Below, one piece after another: positions 60,644 through 64,000 of a DNA stretch of 64,000 nucleotides. A program made the position numbers and the translations under genes. A model generated the notes under the pieces. The model searched no databases. It was not told the DNA's origin and saw only the letters and a program-made list of their open reading frames with translations. The DNA comes from Thermodesulfobacteriota bacterium (GTDB lineage Bacteria; Desulfobacterota_D; UBA1144): NCBI GenBank assembly GCA_036340075.1, contig JAYYZJ010000008.1:1-64000 (forward strand). Direction: 5' to 3'. Numbering within the stretch: position 1 is the stretch's first letter; every line of letters starts with the position of its first letter.

Positions 60644-60868
60644 ATGTCAGCAGATAAGAATAATCAAAGCAAGGATGTTTACAGTTCTCAGCTTGATATA
60701 GAAACTAAAAGATTCTTTTTTGATTTAAAAGAAAATCATAAAGGTCAGTATTTGCGAATAACTGAGGTTAGCGGTGGAAGATCAAGTATAGTTATTCCGG
60801 TTGATGGCCTAGAAGATTTTTCAAGTCAAATTGAAGGAATTATCGATAAAGCCAACGGTTCAAGTTAG
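60644..60868 (+). CDS. Single-repeat PUR (Pur-alpha) ssDNA/RNA-binding protein
   Basis: SQLDIETKRFFFDLKENHKGQYLRITEVSGGRSSIVIP matches the PUR repeat pattern K-x-F-[FY]-x-D-x-K-x-N-x-[RK]-G-x-[FY]-L-[RK]-I-x-E. Confidence 0.8.
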   Translation: MSADKNNQSKDVYSSQLDIETKRFFFDLKENHKGQYLRITEVSGGRSSIVIPVDGLEDFSSQIEGIIDKANGSS

Positions 60869-60883
60869 ATTAAGCATTCTTTT

Positions 60884-61762
60884 TTAGCGAATAGTCTCTA
60901 AATTGTTTAGTTGATACAGGTTTTTTCTGACCAAAATTTCTTCATTCTCATTATAGACAACATTTCCGTCGAAGTTTTCTTCTTGGTTAATAAATCCTAA
61001 AGCAAAAGTCATATTGTCTTTTTCTGAAAAGAACCTGCTCGTTATTCTACCAACAGATTTTCTATCTTTATTGGTCAGCTCTTCAATATTCTCTAGATTG
61101 CCATTTATAGACATGCAAGCTAAAGTTCTTGGAACCTTTCCTCTGTAGCGGATTGTAGCAATTGTTTCTTGCCCCACGTAACAGCCTTTTGTAAAACTAA
61201 TTGTGGACCACATATTGGACTCTATTGGAATTATTTTATTATTAATTTCGTTTGGGAAACTTGGTATACCATGAATTATTTTCCATTTAAAATAGTCCTC
61301 TTCGCCAATTTTCTTTGATTCAGGTAATTTATGATCTTTAGCTACTATTGCAACATCAAGATCTTCTTCTAAAAATATGGGAGATTTCCAGATCATGTTG
61401 TTATTTATCTTTAGATGAGTTCCTTTAAGGGCTATAAATTTATCTGACAAATTTTCAATATTGACTTGGTAAGACATTTTGTACTTATTTAAATAATCAA
61501 TCAAATCTTGAACTTGTAAAGCATTCGTAATTATATATATCTTCTCTTGATTAAAAATAGACATATCAAAGAGAATTCTACCTTTGTTAGTCAAAATCAG
61601 ATTGTGTTGGATTTTCATAGATGAATCATTAGTAGATATGCCATTTAAAAATTTTTCACAATCTTTTCCTTCTAGTTCTAATATTCCTAGGCTGTTTTGA
61701 TAGAAATGAACTTTGTCTTTATCAAACAAGTTTTTTAATTCGTCATAAGAAAATTGGGACAT
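60884..61762 (-). CDS. ygfZ: Folate-binding Fe-S maturation protein YgfZ
   Basis: GKDCEKFLNG, SFTKGCYVGQE. Confidence 0.9.
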   Translation of the reverse strand: MSQFSYDELKNLFDKDKVHFYQNSLGILELEGKDCEKFLNGISTNDSSMKIQHNLILTNKGRILFDMSIFNQEKIYIITNALQVQDLIDYLNKYKMSYQVNIENLSDKFIALKGTHLKINNNMIWKSPIFLEEDLDVAIVAKDHKLPESKKIGEEDYFKWKIIHGIPSFPNEINNKIIPIESNMWSTISFTKGCYVGQETIATIRYRGKVPRTLACMSINGNLENIEELTNKDRKSVGRITSRFFSEKDNMTFALGFINQEENFDGNVVYNENEEILVRKNLYQLNNLETIR

Positions 61763-61856
61763 TTTTACACCATTGTTGATTTTTCTTACATTGTTTATAA
61801 AATAACATACATAATATTTACCTAATTTAGTACATTTTGTTTATTATTATATTAAT

Positions 61857-62798
61857 ATGGAATTTGATTTAGAGAACAGAGTTGTGATAGTAGGATCAGG
61901 ACCAGCTGGTCTGACTGCGGGGATTTATGCAGCTAGGGCAAATTTAAGCCCCTTGGTTTTTGAAGGTTTTCAGGCAGGTGGCCAGTTAACAATGACCACA
62001 GACGTAGAAAACTTTCCTGGATTCCCAACTGGTATAATGGGTCCAAATTTAATGAACTCTTTAAGAGAACAAGCTGAAAGATTTGGTGCAAAATGCATAA
62101 TGGCCCAGGTTGATAAAATAGATTTTGGTTCCTACCCTTATCTTTTAACTGTCGGCAAACAAGAGGTTTCTGCTTATTCAATAATTATTGCAACAGGTGC
62201 CACTGCAAAACTTTTAAATATACCCGGAGAACGAGAATTGGTTGGAAGAGGTGTTTCCACTTGTGCGACTTGCGATGGATTCTTTTTCAAAGATAAAAAT
62301 ATTCATGTGATAGGTGGTGGAGATAGCGCAATGGAAGAAGCAATCTTTCTTACAAAATTTGCTAAAGAAGTTACGATTGTACACAGAAGAGATAAATTAA
62401 GAGCATCAAAAATAATGGAAGATAGAGCCAGATCAAACTCTAAAATTAATTTTTTATGGAATGCTGAAGTGCAAGAGATAGTTGGAACTGAAGCTGAAGG
62501 GGTAAAGTCCTTTTCGTATAAAGATTTAAAAACAAATGAAAATCTTATTGTAGAGAGCGAGGGCATCTTTGTCGCCATTGGACATACACCTAACAATGAA
62601 TTATTTGCAAATAATATTAATCTAGATGATAACGGTTATATAATTACTGCAGGAAAATCTTCTAAAACAAATTTAAAAGGAGTATTTGCGGCAGGAGATG
62701 TGCAAGACAGTATATATAGACAAGCTATTACAGCTGCCGGTACGGGTTGCGTTGCAGCGATAGATGCAGAACGTTTTTTAGAAGAGAATGAATTATAG
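61857..62798 (+). CDS. trxB: Thioredoxin-disulfide reductase
   Basis: GSGPAG, VENFPGF, CATCDG, GGGDSA, AAGDV..YRQAITAAG. Confidence 0.97.
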   Translation: MEFDLENRVVIVGSGPAGLTAGIYAARANLSPLVFEGFQAGGQLTMTTDVENFPGFPTGIMGPNLMNSLREQAERFGAKCIMAQVDKIDFGSYPYLLTVGKQEVSAYSIIIATGATAKLLNIPGERELVGRGVSTCATCDGFFFKDKNIHVIGGGDSAMEEAIFLTKFAKEVTIVHRRDKLRASKIMEDRARSNSKINFLWNAEVQEIVGTEAEGVKSFSYKDLKTNENLIVESEGIFVAIGHTPNNELFANNINLDDNGYIITAGKSSKTNLKGVFAAGDVQDSIYRQAITAAGTGCVAAIDAERFLEENEL

Positions 62799-63810
62799 AT
62801 TTTTCCCAAGAAATAAAGATATAAAAGTATCTGAAATAGGCTTCGGCGTATGGTCTGTTGCTACCAAGTGGTGGGGAGTAACCGATGAGAAACTTGCTTT
62901 ATCTTTGCTTCAACATGCTTTTGATAGAGGAATAAATTTTTTTGATACCGCTGATGTATATGGAGAAGGATATGGAGAAGAAATATTATCCAAAGCTTTT
63001 CCAAAGTCTAGAGATAAGAGAATATATGCAACTAAATTTGGCTACGATATATATTCTAATCCAGGTGAAAGGAAGGGACACACAGAGCTTCCACAAAAAT
63101 TTTCTTCTAAAGATATAATATTCTCTTGCGAACAAAGTCTTAAAAGACTAAAAACCGATTATATAGATATATATCAAATGCATAATCCAAGATTTGATTT
63201 TATTAACAATGAGGAAGTATTGGATACTTTGAAACAATTGGTAAAAGAAGGAAAAATCAGATCATTTGCTATGGCACTTGGACCTGATATTGGCTGGCTT
63301 GAAGAAGGCCTAGATGCAATGAATCATGAACCAATCGCAATACAAATAATTTATAACTTACTAGAACAAGAGCCTTCAAAGTTTCTTTTTGAAAAATCTG
63401 AAAAAACATCAACAGGATTAATAGCCAGGGTGCCTCATGCATCAGGTATTATGGATGGGACCTTTACAAAGGAGAGGACATTTGAAAAGAGCGATCACCG
63501 CAGTCATAGAAAACAGAAGTGGATGGAAGCTGGACTACAAGCAAAAAAAGACTTAGACTTTTTATACAAAGAAAATGATAGAACAATAGGACAAGCCGCT
63601 ATATTGTTCTCATTGGCAGTTAACAATATTTGTACAGTACTTCCAAATTTTACAAACCATGAAGAAATTGATGAATTTACTGAAGCTTCTGATATGCCCC
63701 CTCTTTCAGATTCTGATTTAACAAAAATAGAAGATTTATGGAATAATTCCCATTCAGATATTCTTTCTCAACCCTTTTCAGATAGTACTACCAAACCTAC
63801 ACCTACTTAG
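62788..63810 (+). CDS. Aldo/keto reductase
   Basis: VSEIGFG, FFDTADVYG, ATKFG, SLKRLKTDYIDIYQMH, GKIR. Confidence 0.93.
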   Translation: MNYRFFPRNKDIKVSEIGFGVWSVATKWWGVTDEKLALSLLQHAFDRGINFFDTADVYGEGYGEEILSKAFPKSRDKRIYATKFGYDIYSNPGERKGHTELPQKFSSKDIIFSCEQSLKRLKTDYIDIYQMHNPRFDFINNEEVLDTLKQLVKEGKIRSFAMALGPDIGWLEEGLDAMNHEPIAIQIIYNLLEQEPSKFLFEKSEKTSTGLIARVPHASGIMDGTFTKERTFEKSDHRSHRKQKWMEAGLQAKKDLDFLYKENDRTIGQAAILFSLAVNNICTVLPNFTNHEEIDEFTEASDMPPLSDSDLTKIEDLWNNSHSDILSQPFSDSTTKPTPT

Positions 63811-63818
63811 TTTTGATT

Positions 63819-64000
63819 TTAATTCATTTTTAATGCTCTAAAATAGAAATATGTTCCTACTGATAATATGCATAGATTTCTTATAACTAATGATAGAGCT
63901 GCTCCATCATGTTGCATAGCTCTAACTAAATAAAATAGCGATAAGCAATAAATTATTGTTGTAATTATAGTTATCATTGTAAGATATTTAGCTTTTCCAA
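63819..64000 (-). CDS. C-terminal end of a membrane protein, possibly a Wzx/MATE-type flippase (enters from the right edge)
   Basis: Hand translation ...GKAKYLTMITIITTIIYCLSLFYLVRAMQHDGAALSLVIRNLCILSVGTYFYFRALKMN*; G-K...GAA pattern with two TM helices. Confidence 0.55.
   Translation of the reverse strand, partial: GKAKYLTMITIITTIIYCLSLFYLVRAMQHDGAALSLVIRNLCILSVGTYFYFRALKMN

Overview
Strongly AT-rich (roughly 30% GC by eye), very compact bacterial chromosome segment with about 65 genes, many with overlapping stop/start codons. It looks like a streamlined, aerobic, free-living genome. A marine Dadabacteria/Desulfobacterota-type lineage is my unverified guess from gene style. I found no rRNA, tRNA, CRISPR array, transposase, integrase or phage gene. 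Most of the window is housekeeping and biosynthesis: thiG/S/D/C, smc, secA, folK/D, gltB, tsaD, carB, greA, lspA, ribE, aroK, queG, bioD, purM, lysA, ddl, trxB. Three coherent modules stand out. (1) An alternative complex III operon (actABCDEF) whose ActD carries a ~265-aa PEVK-like repeat tail with two DDWxHKPA motifs, followed by an unannotated, translationally coupled 49-aa membrane protein. (2) A putative ethylmalonyl-CoA pathway operon (short mcd, mcl-like lyase, ecm). (3) A divergent sulfate-assimilation cluster (cysP-like, cysH / sir-cysD-cysN) without cysC or cysJ. The best candidates for undescribed biology are the ActD tail plus the extra small subunit, a promoter-flanked three-way-junction RNA at 46554-46628, two small proteins with internally duplicated Trp motifs, a short-armed SMC, a metal-ligand-less SOD-fold protein and a single-repeat Pur-alpha protein. 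All calls come from reading motifs by eye; no searches were run.
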